The notes beneath the pieces were generated by a model. That model saw nothing but the letters and a program-made list of their open reading frames with translations. It was not told the DNA's origin and made no database searches. The position numbers and the translations under genes are program-made. Shown here one piece after another: positions 36,179 to 45,125 of a stretch of 64,000 nt of DNA (position 1 is its first letter; each line of letters starts with the position of its first letter). The stretch is from NCBI GenBank assembly GCA_001770175.1, contig MEQK01000154.1, forward strand, positions 778-64,777. The letters are read 5' to 3'. The DNA comes from Bdellovibrionales bacterium RIFOXYD1_FULL_55_31. GTDB lineage: Bacteria > Bdellovibrionota > UBA1018.

Positions 36179-39121
36179 ATGAACAACTTCGACCAGTATT
36201 GTTCCACGATTCAGAAGCAGTGCCTGCCCGGAGTATGGTCAAAAGCGATCATCCTCAGCCGGACAGATATCTTTATTGAAGATCAATTCAGTCCCGACGA
36301 GGTGCTTTACCGGGTGCAACTTCCCGATCGCCCCGTCAGCATTCGCGTCAGTCTCTGGCCCGAGGACGAGGATTGGTTTTGCACGTGCAACGAGAGAAAC
36401 GATATCTGCGTTCACGTCGCTGCTGCTTCCCTTATTCTGAAGAGCGGCCGACACCCCGGAACCCTGAAGTCCGAGACAGCCCGCACGTTTTGCGAGGTTC
36501 GATATCTGTTTTTCAGGAAGACTGGTGGAGAGCTTCAATTTCAAAGGCATCTCGTCTTCCACGCGCGCGAGAGCGAAGGCGAAACCTCAACGCCTCTGAA
36601 CGAATCTTTGGTCAGCCTCTCGGGAGGGATCACCTCAGGCCGGATTGCCGCGCCACCGCTTGCCGCGACCCAGGATGATTTTGCCGTCGACGCAGTTTTG
36701 TCTTCGTTTTCACAACTTGCGAGAAATTCGGGGCTATTGGATGCCGACCAGCTTGCGACGTTGTTAAAAGCTCTTTCGCCATCAACCCGCGTCTTTCTCG
36801 ACGGCGACCCGGTTCAGACTTCCGCTCAGCCGGTCCGCTCGCGGATTCTTCTGAAATCTGAACACAAGGGTTATCGACTGACGCTCATCGAGAACGAATC
36901 GCCCGATGAGGTTTTCTCGAACATGGTCGTGCTCGTTCGCAAGACGTTACGACCGGTTGAGCCGGTCAGAATCGCGCCATCCGAACAGGACGAGCTTCGT
37001 GGACGCGGTCGCTTCTATCCCGAAGCTGACCTGGCACGCCTGGTGACCGAAGTCATTCCCCGTCTCGAATCGCGAATCGCCGTTCAGATCGATATCCCAA
37101 ATTTCCCGACTGCCGTGCGCAATCCCCCTGCCATCGTTCTTGAAATTGAGGGCGGTACTGATGAACTCCTGGTGATTCCCCGCCTCCAATATGACTCGCC
37201 GTACGCAATCAGGGACGAGGAGGCCGAGAGAAGTCTCGCGCGAAAGCTACAATTCGATTATCACCTCGCCGTGGACCAAGTCACCCGATTCAGCGGTAGC
37301 GAAGCAGCCCAGGTTCTCGGGGATCTCAGAAACTCAGCTTGGAAAATCAAGGGATCATCCCTCGATCGGTTTGAAATTCACGAAGCGCTCGTTCCCGAGC
37401 TTCGGCTCTTGGACCATGACTTTGAACTCCACTTCACACGAGAGAACCTGCGAGCCGATGCCCGAGTGGTTCTGAAAGCCTGGCGCGAAAACTCCCCCCT
37501 CGTGCCGCTCCTGAACGGCGGCTGGGCAAAACTCCCGAAAGATTGGCTCGCACGCCATGGCGAACAAGTCGAGCGCCTGCTTCTGGCAAAGTCAGGCCGC
37601 CGGATGGGTCACCCCGTTTCGTCGCATTTTCTTCCCGAATTCGCCGATTTCTGTTCTGAAATCGCGAAGCAAGGAAACCTCGCTGGCGAAGATCAACTTG
37701 ACGGTTTGAAGCTGCTGAAGGAGCGGCTCGAAAATTTCACGCGGATTCCCGAAGCCCCCCTTCCGGCCGACCTGAAAGCCGACCTGCGTTCGTATCAACG
37801 AAGCGGAATCAACTGGCTCTGCTTTCTCAGGGACGCCGGGCTCTCGGCCCTTCTTGCCGACGACATGGGCTTGGGCAAGACTCTCCAGGCTCTTTGCGCA
37901 ATTCGCGGCCGCACGTTGATCATCACACCGACGAGCGTGCTCCATGCCTGGGCCCGGCAGATCGAGACATTTCGTCCGACTCTCCGTTTTCAGGTTTATC
38001 ACGGAGCGGCTCGACAACTGGCCCCTGAAACACAGGTCGTCCTGACCACCTATGGTCTGCTCCGCTCGGACCGTGAAGTGCTCACCTCCACGGCCTGGGA
38101 TACGGCCGTGCTCGACGAGTCACAAACGATCAAGAACCCCGATAGCCAGGTCGCGAAGGCCGCTCATGCCATTCGCGCGGATTTTCGCATAGCCTTGACG
38201 GGTACCCCTATCGAGAACCGACTTGAGGATCTTTGGAGCCAATTCGAATTCCTCGCTCCCGGCTATCTGGGCGAACGGAAAACATTCGCTGAGGCCGAAA
38301 CACGGCACCTGAATAAGCGTGTCAAACCCTTCATCCTCCGTCGCCTGAAGCGTGATGTAGCGCTCGAACTTCCGCCGAGAATAGAGACGGTTCTCGAGTG
38401 TGAGTTCAGCGAAACAGAACGAACCTTTTATGATTCAATTCTGGCCGCGACACGCGCGGACGTTCTGAAGAGGCTCGAACTTCGAGATAAAGGAAACGTT
38501 TTTGCGGCACTCGAAGCGCTGCTTCGCTTAAGACAGGCTTGCTGCGATCCAGCCCTGGTCCCGGGGCATCCCCCCGAGCTTGCCAGGGCGCCTTCGTCGA
38601 AGATCGAACTCCTTCTCGAGTCACTCGAACAGTCCATTGGCGCGGGACATCGCGCTCTGGTCTTCTCCCAATGGACTTCGCTTCTGGACCGAATCGAACC
38701 CGCGTTGAAGGCCAGAAAGATTCCGTTTTCGCGGCTGGATGGCAACACGCCCAAACGACAGGAAATCGTTGAGCAGTTCCAAAGTCCTGAAGGACCTCCC
38801 CTGATGTTGATCTCTCTGAAGGCCGGTGGACTTGGCCTGACGCTGACAGCTGCCGACCACATCTACTTGATGGACCCATGGTGGAATCCCGCTGTCGAGG
38901 AACAGGCCGCTGACCGGGCGCACCGGATCGGCCAAAAGAACCCCGTTCTCATTCATCGTTTGATTGCCTCGCAGTCAGTCGAAGAGCGCATCATTGTTCT
39001 GCAAAAGTCCAAGCGGGAGCTGGCAAATGCGGTTCTCACTGATGGCGACTCTAGCTACGCTGCAATCCCGCCGGGCGAACCTCAACTCACCCGTGAGGAT
39101 CTCATCGAACTTCTGACCTGA
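36179..39121 (+). CDS. SNF2-family helicase with N-terminal SWIM zinc finger
   Basis: ORF 36080..39121; start moved to ATG 36179. SWIM motif (CTCNERNDICVHVAAA). SNF2 motifs LADDMGLGKTLQ, DESQTIKN and GGLGLTLTAADHIYLMDPWWNPAVEEQAADRAHRIGQ. Confidence 0.9.
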   Translation: MNNFDQYCSTIQKQCLPGVWSKAIILSRTDIFIEDQFSPDEVLYRVQLPDRPVSIRVSLWPEDEDWFCTCNERNDICVHVAAASLILKSGRHPGTLKSETARTFCEVRYLFFRKTGGELQFQRHLVFHARESEGETSTPLNESLVSLSGGITSGRIAAPPLAATQDDFAVDAVLSSFSQLARNSGLLDADQLATLLKALSPSTRVFLDGDPVQTSAQPVRSRILLKSEHKGYRLTLIENESPDEVFSNMVVLVRKTLRPVEPVRIAPSEQDELRGRGRFYPEADLARLVTEVIPRLESRIAVQIDIPNFPTAVRNPPAIVLEIEGGTDELLVIPRLQYDSPYAIRDEEAERSLARKLQFDYHLAVDQVTRFSGSEAAQVLGDLRNSAWKIKGSSLDRFEIHEALVPELRLLDHDFELHFTRENLRADARVVLKAWRENSPLVPLLNGGWAKLPKDWLARHGEQVERLLLAKSGRRMGHPVSSHFLPEFADFCSEIAKQGNLAGEDQLDGLKLLKERLENFTRIPEAPLPADLKADLRSYQRSGINWLCFLRDAGLSALLADDMGLGKTLQALCAIRGRTLIITPTSVLHAWARQIETFRPTLRFQVYHGAARQLAPETQVVLTTYGLLRSDREVLTSTAWDTAVLDESQTIKNPDSQVAKAAHAIRADFRIALTGTPIENRLEDLWSQFEFLAPGYLGERKTFAEAETRHLNKRVKPFILRRLKRDVALELPPRIETVLECEFSETERTFYDSILAATRADVLKRLELRDKGNVFAALEALLRLRQACCDPALVPGHPPELARAPSSKIELLLESLEQSIGAGHRALVFSQWTSLLDRIEPALKARKIPFSRLDGNTPKRQEIVEQFQSPEGPPLMLISLKAGGLGLTLTAADHIYLMDPWWNPAVEEQAADRAHRIGQKNPVLIHRLIASQSVEERIIVLQKSKRELANAVLTDGDSSYAAIPPGEPQLTREDLIELLT

Positions 39122-39132
39122 TCGAAATGACT

Positions 39133-39161
39133 TTGACTCACTTCAGGCGAGCCGGTAAGTT
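39133..39161 (+). promoter_or_regulatory. Sigma-70-like promoter placed for a leaderless pullulanase mRNA
   Basis: TTGACT (39133-38), 17-nt spacer, TAAGTT (39156-61). Only 6 nt separate it from ATG 39168, and there is no SD. Confidence 0.4.
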
Positions 39162-39167
39162 TTCAAT

Positions 39168-41924
39168 ATGCGACCTGTTTTCCAGAAAAGCGTATTAACG
39201 CTGGTACTTGCAATTGCCTTTTTTACTGCCAGCAGCGCCGGAACCGAGGACACCATGAGACATGAACACCACGCGAGAGCCTATTGGCTTGATTCTTCTA
39301 CGCTTGCCTGGAATCCCCCTGCGGACGCCCCCCCCTCCGCCGAATGCGAATTCCAACTGTTCGTGGGCACGGAACCCTACCCGCTCGTGCCGAGCGGAAA
39401 CGTGGGCGTGAAACGGACCCTCGCGAAGCGCTTCCCCTATCTCCTGAACTATCAGACGCTCCAGGGCACGATCACCCCGTCGGCCGCGCGCGCGATGATC
39501 AAGCAGCCGCTTTCCGTGGTTGTCCGGCATCCGAGCCGCGGAACGGTCTTCCACTCGGGGGTGCAGACATTCGGCGTGATTGACGCCATCGCGACATACA
39601 AAGGAGATGACCTGGGTGTCCGTTTCTCCGAGGCAGACATCCCCACGGTGAAACTCTGGGCTCCGACGGCACAATCGGTGGCTTTGTGGATCTTCGCCGA
39701 TCCTCTCGATGCCGCGCCGGCCGAAGTGGTCGATATGACGTTCAGCGACTCAGGTGTGTGGTCCGCGACGGGGAGACCCGAATGGAAAGGCGCTTATTAC
39801 CTCTACGAAGTGGAGGTGTACGTGCCTTATACGGGAAAAGTGGAGAAAAACCTCGTCACCGATCCCTACTCGACCAGCCTTTCAACCAACGCAAAACGAA
39901 GCTTCATGATCGACTTGCGTGATCCCCTGACCTTCCCGACCGGCTGGAAGTCCGTTCGCGTGCAAGGCCCGCCGAATGCGGAGGACATCGCGATCTACGA
40001 ACTTCACATCCGTGATTTCAGCGCGAACGACACAACCGTTGATCCGGAGCTTCGCGGCAAATTCTTGGGATTTTCAGACCTCAAGTCGTACGGAATGAAG
40101 CATCTCCGCCAGCTTGCCGCCGCCGGTTTAACGCACGTTCATCTTCTGCCGGCGTTTGACTTTGGTTCGGTGAACGAAGATGTTTCGCAGCAGATCACGC
40201 CGCAAATTCCCAACGGCCTCGCGCCCGACTCTCCTGAAGCGGCGAGAATTATCGACAGCATCAAGGATAAGGATGCCTATAACTGGGGTTACGATCCCGT
40301 ACACTACTTCTCTCCGGAAGGGAGCTATGCAACCGATCCCGACGGTCTGGCTCGGATTGTCGAGTTTCGCGAGATGATCATCGGACTGCATAAGACGGGG
40401 CTGAATGCGGTCCTGGATACGGTTCTGAATCATACCTACCGCGGAGGACAGGACGAAAAATCAATTCTCGACCGCGTTGTTCCCGGCTACTACCATCGCC
40501 TCGACGCGAACGGAAAAATCCAGGGCACCGCCTGCGGCGACTGCGCCGACACCGCGACCGAGCGTTTCATGATGGAAAAGCTCATGATCGATTCCGTTGT
40601 TTCCTGGGCCAAGAATTACAAAGTCGCGGGATTTCGCTTCGACCTCATGGGGTTTCATACGCTTTCGAACCTGAAGCATTTGCGGGCAGCCCTGAACCAG
40701 CTCACGCTGGAAAAGGACGGAATCGACGGCTCACGCATTTACCTTTACGGCGAAGGCTGGAAATTCGGTTCGCTTGAAGCGATTCTTCCGAATGAGACCG
40801 CGAATCAGATGAACCTATATGGAGCTGGCGTGGGGAGCTTCAATGACCGCTTTCGCGATCGTGCCCGAGGCGGCGGGTTCATGACTGAAACGAAAGCCGA
40901 CCAGGGTTTCATCACCGGGCTCTACTACGACAATAACGGGATCGGTTCGAAAGCCCTGCCTCAAAAACCTCGTGATTTGCGCGGCCGGTTGCTTCAGTAC
41001 ACCGACGCTATTCGCGTCGGCATGGCGGGAAACCTTCGCAACTTCCGGTTCAGAAACTCCGAAGGCAAAAGCGTGACGGGCGCGCAGATCGATTATCATG
41101 GTTCGCCAGTCGGCTACGCGGCGCGCCCCGGCGAAACGATTAATTACGTATCAGCGCACGACAATTACGATCTTTGGGACCAGATCGCCGCGAAGGCCGC
41201 GTTTCAGAAGCCGGACCGGTATCCCGAAACGGCATCCATCGAGGATCGCGTCCGGATGCAGAAACTCGGGCTGGCTCTTGTCGCGTTAGGACAGGGCGTC
41301 CCCTTCTTCCACGCCGGCTCCGAATTCCTTCGATCGAAATCAGGAGACAACAACAGCTACAACTCCGGGGATTGGTTCAACCGGATGGACTTCAGCTTGC
41401 GCGACAATAATTGGGGCGTCGGCCTGCCGCCGGGTGAAAACTCGGGTGACGCGGCTTTCTGGGCGCCGCGGCTTCGGGACCCCGAGCTTCGCGCAAGCGC
41501 CAAAGACATGGAATCAACAACACGCTACTTCCAGGCCTTGCTCGAGATCCGGCGTGATTCGGCACTCCTGCGATTGACCACGACTGAAGACGTTCAGGCG
41601 AGACTGCGATTCCTCGAAACCGATTTCGGCAAAGAGCAACCTCCCGGACTGATCGTGATGGCGCTCCAGGATTCAATCCGGAATCGCCCGAAGCTCGATT
41701 CGAGTCGCAAGCTTCTCCTCGTCGCGATCAATGTCACCCGACATCCCATTTCGTTCAGACATTCCTTTTTAAAGGATCGAAAGCTCCGGCTCCATCCGAA
41801 CTGGACCGAAGAGATCGAACCGCGCGTCTTGGATTCAAGCTTCACCCCTGAACGGGGCACGCTCGCGATTCCAGCTCAAACCGTGCTCGTTTACGAGGAA
41901 CCGCGACTGAAGCCGAAACGATAA
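39168..41924 (+). CDS. Pullulanase-type alpha-1,6-glucosidase (GH13)
   Basis: Signal peptide. Blocks: YNWGYDPVHYFSPEGSYATDP, VLDTVLNHT, GFRFDLMG, YGEGW, YVSAHDN. Confidence 0.9.
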   Translation: MRPVFQKSVLTLVLAIAFFTASSAGTEDTMRHEHHARAYWLDSSTLAWNPPADAPPSAECEFQLFVGTEPYPLVPSGNVGVKRTLAKRFPYLLNYQTLQGTITPSAARAMIKQPLSVVVRHPSRGTVFHSGVQTFGVIDAIATYKGDDLGVRFSEADIPTVKLWAPTAQSVALWIFADPLDAAPAEVVDMTFSDSGVWSATGRPEWKGAYYLYEVEVYVPYTGKVEKNLVTDPYSTSLSTNAKRSFMIDLRDPLTFPTGWKSVRVQGPPNAEDIAIYELHIRDFSANDTTVDPELRGKFLGFSDLKSYGMKHLRQLAAAGLTHVHLLPAFDFGSVNEDVSQQITPQIPNGLAPDSPEAARIIDSIKDKDAYNWGYDPVHYFSPEGSYATDPDGLARIVEFREMIIGLHKTGLNAVLDTVLNHTYRGGQDEKSILDRVVPGYYHRLDANGKIQGTACGDCADTATERFMMEKLMIDSVVSWAKNYKVAGFRFDLMGFHTLSNLKHLRAALNQLTLEKDGIDGSRIYLYGEGWKFGSLEAILPNETANQMNLYGAGVGSFNDRFRDRARGGGFMTETKADQGFITGLYYDNNGIGSKALPQKPRDLRGRLLQYTDAIRVGMAGNLRNFRFRNSEGKSVTGAQIDYHGSPVGYAARPGETINYVSAHDNYDLWDQIAAKAAFQKPDRYPETASIEDRVRMQKLGLALVALGQGVPFFHAGSEFLRSKSGDNNSYNSGDWFNRMDFSLRDNNWGVGLPPGENSGDAAFWAPRLRDPELRASAKDMESTTRYFQALLEIRRDSALLRLTTTEDVQARLRFLETDFGKEQPPGLIVMALQDSIRNRPKLDSSRKLLLVAINVTRHPISFRHSFLKDRKLRLHPNWTEEIEPRVLDSSFTPERGTLAIPAQTVLVYEEPRLKPKR

Positions 41925-41930
41925 CCGTCA

Positions 41931-42365
41931 TCAGCCCCGTCCCACGAACCCAAGAAGCGCCCGATAAAACCGAGTAGGACCCGGATCGATCCGCGACAGG
42001 CAGTCATGAAGTATCCGGCATAAAAGTTCCGGTTCAAACGGCTCCTCGAGAATCACGCTCAAAAGGTTTTGGTCGCGAACTTTGAAGTAGGGTTCAGGTT
42101 CTGCCGTACACAGGATGATCGGGACGGGGCTTACCTCCCGAATTCGAATCGCGAGCCAAAGCCCCGTCTCGCCGCGCAATTTCCCGTTCGTCACGACCGC
42201 TCTGATACACTCGCGTTTCTTGTGAAAGCATTCCCAAGCCTCCCGCGCGCTATTGGCCAAAAGCGGACTGAATCCCGCCCTCTGAAACACCAAACGGTAC
42301 AGTGCCAGCAACTCGACCGAATTGTCAGCAATCAGAATGTGATTCAGCGAAACCTCCTGGTTCAT
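41931..42365 (-). CDS. Stand-alone receiver-like domain lacking the phospho-acceptor Asp (pseudo-receiver)
   Basis: CheY-like pattern (ILIADNS, AVVTNGKL, IILCTAEP, ILEEPF). The beta3 Asp position is Asn and the beta5 Lys position is Glu. Confidence 0.65.
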   Translation of the reverse strand: MNQEVSLNHILIADNSVELLALYRLVFQRAGFSPLLANSAREAWECFHKKRECIRAVVTNGKLRGETGLWLAIRIREVSPVPIILCTAEPEPYFKVRDQNLLSVILEEPFEPELLCRILHDCLSRIDPGPTRFYRALLGFVGRG

Positions 42366-42398
42366 TCTGTTCTTAGTACAGAACAGAATTTATTCTGT
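42364..42398. promoter_or_regulatory. Nested palindromic operator-like sites
   Basis: ATTCTGTTCT-N6-AGAACAGAAT (42364-42389) and ACAGAAT-TT-ATTCTGT (42383-42398) share one half-site. Extra ACAGAA/ACAGAG copies sit at 42401 and 42413. Confidence 0.55.
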
Positions 42399-42441
42399 AA
42401 ACAGAAAGTGAAACAGAGCGTGAAAAGTTATTATTTTCAGT

Positions 42442-43209
42442 ATGTTAAAAAAGAGTAGCCGGTCGCGGCACTTCAGGAACGCGAGCTTTCTCAAAGCCCT
42501 GGGTCAGCACTGCCGCCGTTTACGCAATCAAAAAGGCTATTCGATCGACCGGCTCGCAAAAGAGAGTGACCAGCTGAGTTCGAGCGTGATTCATCGGCTG
42601 GAAAACGGCTCCGGGGCGGTAACCGTTTCCGCACTGTTTCGATACGCTCAGGGACTTGGGATCCCGCCCCGCGCGCTTTTCGAGTTTGAATTCGCGGATC
42701 AGACCCACAGCAAAGTTCTGAAGCCGAAGCTGTTCGGTTGGGATGATCCGAAAGCAAGGAAGCAGGCTTACCTCAACTTGCTGCCACTCTATTCAGCGAA
42801 AGCCGCCGCGGGATATTTTGGCACGGGACAAATCGCCGAACCCGAAAGCTGGATCGAAGTGACCGGGCATGGACCACTCGATCGAAAAATGTTCGTAGTA
42901 AGAGCAACCGGACATTCCATGTTGCCGCGAATCCATGAAGGCGATTATCTCGTCTTCCGAGCCGATCCCACCGGAAGCCGCCAGGGAAAAATCGTCCTTG
43001 CCCAATATCGTGGTCCCGCCGATCCTGAAACCGGGGGGAGCTATACGGTTAAGCAGTATTTCTCATCGAAAATCGCTTCAAATGAAAGTGAGTGGCGCCA
43101 CCGTGAAATCCTGCTGAAACCGCTCAACCCCGAATACGAACCGATCGTTCTTCTCCCGAAACACGAAAGTGAGTTCCGGATCATTGGAGAGTATCTCTTC
43201 ACGGTGTAG
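42442..43209 (+). CDS. XRE-family HTH + S24 (LexA/CI-like) self-cleaving repressor
   Basis: HTH (YSIDRLAKESDQLSSSVIHRLENG) and S24 peptidase (VVRATGHSMLPRIHEGDYLVFR...GKIVLAQ...YTVKQY). TATTAT lies 7 nt upstream of the ATG and there is no SD. Confidence 0.85.
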   Translation: MLKKSSRSRHFRNASFLKALGQHCRRLRNQKGYSIDRLAKESDQLSSSVIHRLENGSGAVTVSALFRYAQGLGIPPRALFEFEFADQTHSKVLKPKLFGWDDPKARKQAYLNLLPLYSAKAAAGYFGTGQIAEPESWIEVTGHGPLDRKMFVVRATGHSMLPRIHEGDYLVFRADPTGSRQGKIVLAQYRGPADPETGGSYTVKQYFSSKIASNESEWRHREILLKPLNPEYEPIVLLPKHESEFRIIGEYLFTV

Positions 43210-43264
43210 CCTTTACGCTCTCACGCGAGTTAACCTGTCCAAACGTTTTCTGTCGTACTGAATG

Positions 43265-44401
43265 TTAGGCCGCGTTCTTGTTCATTTCGACGAGCTGCCG
43301 ATACCACTCCGGTGCCAGGAACTTTTCCCGGCCAAAGGGCAAACGGTTCATTTCAATCTCACCCATGAAGCTTGGCAAATTGCCGATCGCAACCATCTCT
43401 CCGATGATCTGTCCCTCGGGAGTCCTGCCGCGCTGAATGAATCGATAGATGTCCTGGATCTGATATCGACCATGCTCATCGACCTCGGGCATGACTTCGG
43501 TGATATGGGTCACGCGCCGGCTCCCATCGGGCATACGCTTGATCTGCACGACAATGTGAATCGCCGAAGCGATCTGACGCCGGATCGCCATCACCGGGAC
43601 TTGCGTCTCACCCATCATCGCGAGCGTCTCGACCCGGACCAGGCTGTCATACGGGGAATTCGCATGAGTCGTCCCCATCGAGCCGCCGTGTCCGGTATTC
43701 ATGGCCGTCACGAGATCAAGAGCTTCGGGCCCCCGCACTTCGCCGACGACAATCCGGTCAGGCCTGAGCCGAAGAGCGGCTCGAAGCAACTCCCGGACAC
43801 TGACCTCGCCTTTTCCCGTCGCATCGGCGGGTTTCGTCTCGAAAAGGACCATGTGATCGGTGTGGACCTTCAGTTCGCTCGAGTCTTCAATGATCAGAAG
43901 CCGCTGATTTTTGGGAATACGCGACCCGAGCACGTTCAGAAGAGTGGTTTTACCGGCGCCCGTGCCGCCTGAAACGATGATGTTCTTGGAAAGATAAACG
44001 CAAACATCGAGAAAACGGGCCGCTTCCTTCGAGATCGAGCCGCGATTGATCAGATCGACGAAAGTCGGAACGCCCTTCGCGAACTTCCGAATTGAAACAC
44101 TGGTCCCTCGCCTTGAACAGGGCGGGAAAACCGCCGAAACGCGGCTGCCGTCCGGAAGACGCGCGTCCAGCGTCGGGTTGTCATCGTCAATTCTTCGGCT
44201 CACGAACTGGGCGATATTGCGAACGGCCGCCTGAAGCGCCTGTTCGTCATGGAACTTCGCGTCCGTGCGCTCCAGAACTCCCCGGCGCTCGACGAAGACC
44301 TCGTCCGGCCCGTTAATCAGGATTTCCGACACACTGTCGTCCTCGAGAAAAGCCTGGATGGGGGCCAAAAAGACCCCGACTGATTCGTTGTAAACTCCCA
44401 A
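43265..44401 (-). CDS. CpaF/VirB11-family secretion ATPase (short, orphan)
   Basis: Walker A (SGGTGAGKTTLLN), Asp box (LLIIEDSSEL), Walker B (RLRPDRIVVGEVRG), His box (GHGGSMGTTHAN). Confidence 0.9.
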   Translation of the reverse strand: MGVYNESVGVFLAPIQAFLEDDSVSEILINGPDEVFVERRGVLERTDAKFHDEQALQAAVRNIAQFVSRRIDDDNPTLDARLPDGSRVSAVFPPCSRRGTSVSIRKFAKGVPTFVDLINRGSISKEAARFLDVCVYLSKNIIVSGGTGAGKTTLLNVLGSRIPKNQRLLIIEDSSELKVHTDHMVLFETKPADATGKGEVSVRELLRAALRLRPDRIVVGEVRGPEALDLVTAMNTGHGGSMGTTHANSPYDSLVRVETLAMMGETQVPVMAIRRQIASAIHIVVQIKRMPDGSRRVTHITEVMPEVDEHGRYQIQDIYRFIQRGRTPEGQIIGEMVAIGNLPSFMGEIEMNRLPFGREKFLAPEWYRQLVEMNKNAA

Positions 44402-44405
44402 GTGC

Positions 44406-45125
44406 TTACTCTCCCGTCGCGGCGTTTTCGGAAATTCTGTTGGTAAACTCCTTCACGACGAGAGTTCCCTCCGACCCGTTCACCGGGCAGTAGAATCGAT
44501 ATTTGCCCGGCATATTCGGCGTGAAAGTGATCTCTTCAATCTTCTGGGAACGAACTTGTTTGCGGACCTGAAATGAATCCATCATGATGCAAAGCGTGTT
44601 CTTCGAAGCCCCGGTCACGAACAGACGGACCGGAACATCGCGAGTCACGAAAACGGTCTTCGGGAAAAACCCGAGATCTCCGGCGATCACGGCGACCTCC
44701 TGAACCCCCTTGCGCACGATCGCGCTCGCAGCTGAAGTCGGATCGACATCCTTCGGCGAAAGATCCGGCCTGAGGTCCGTATTGCGTGTCCCAGGAGCGG
44801 GCTGCGCGACCGATCTTCCGGCGGGCACGCCGTTCGTGATCTCCAAACCAGCGATTCGGCGGTTTGGCGCGCTCGCGGTCCAAGCCCCGACTGCCTCATC
44901 GCTTCCCTCGAATTCTTCGACTGCTTGGGCAGCGTACCGCGGAGTCACTCCAAGGTCGATTCGTGCCGGCGGCTGTCCGAAGCGTGACTCAGGAAAGCGC
45001 TCTCCTGCCTGCATCGGATCGGGGCGAGTTGGAGGTGGCGCGAAGACCATATCCGCCGAAATAGCGGGCGCGAGTAAAAACGCGAAAATAATAAACCCGT
45101 TCGTGAGTTGATTGACTCTGTCCAT
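44406..45125 (-). CDS. Membrane-anchored cupredoxin-like protein with degenerate copper site
   Basis: ORF 44406..45158; ATG 45125 follows GAGGAAGTGG. TM (FIIFAFLLAPAISA), Pro-rich linker, and a cupredoxin-like end (FFPKTVFVTRDVPVRLFVTG...PGKYRFYCPVNGSEGTLVV) without the usual His/Met ligands. 4-nt gap to the ATPase gene. Confidence 0.65.
   Translation of the reverse strand: MDRVNQLTNGFIIFAFLLAPAISADMVFAPPPTRPDPMQAGERFPESRFGQPPARIDLGVTPRYAAQAVEEFEGSDEAVGAWTASAPNRRIAGLEITNGVPAGRSVAQPAPGTRNTDLRPDLSPKDVDPTSAASAIVRKGVQEVAVIAGDLGFFPKTVFVTRDVPVRLFVTGASKNTLCIMMDSFQVRKQVRSQKIEEITFTPNMPGKYRFYCPVNGSEGTLVVKEFTNRISENAATGE

Noticed and set aside
42364-42398. Reading the palindromes as a canonical LexA SOS box and the repressor as LexA
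   Set aside because: The spacing is CTGT-N7-ACAG or ACAG-N8-CTGT rather than CTGT-N8-ACAG. The protein has an XRE-type HTH instead of the LexA winged-helix N-domain. It was kept as a CI/LexA-like S24 repressor with its own operator.
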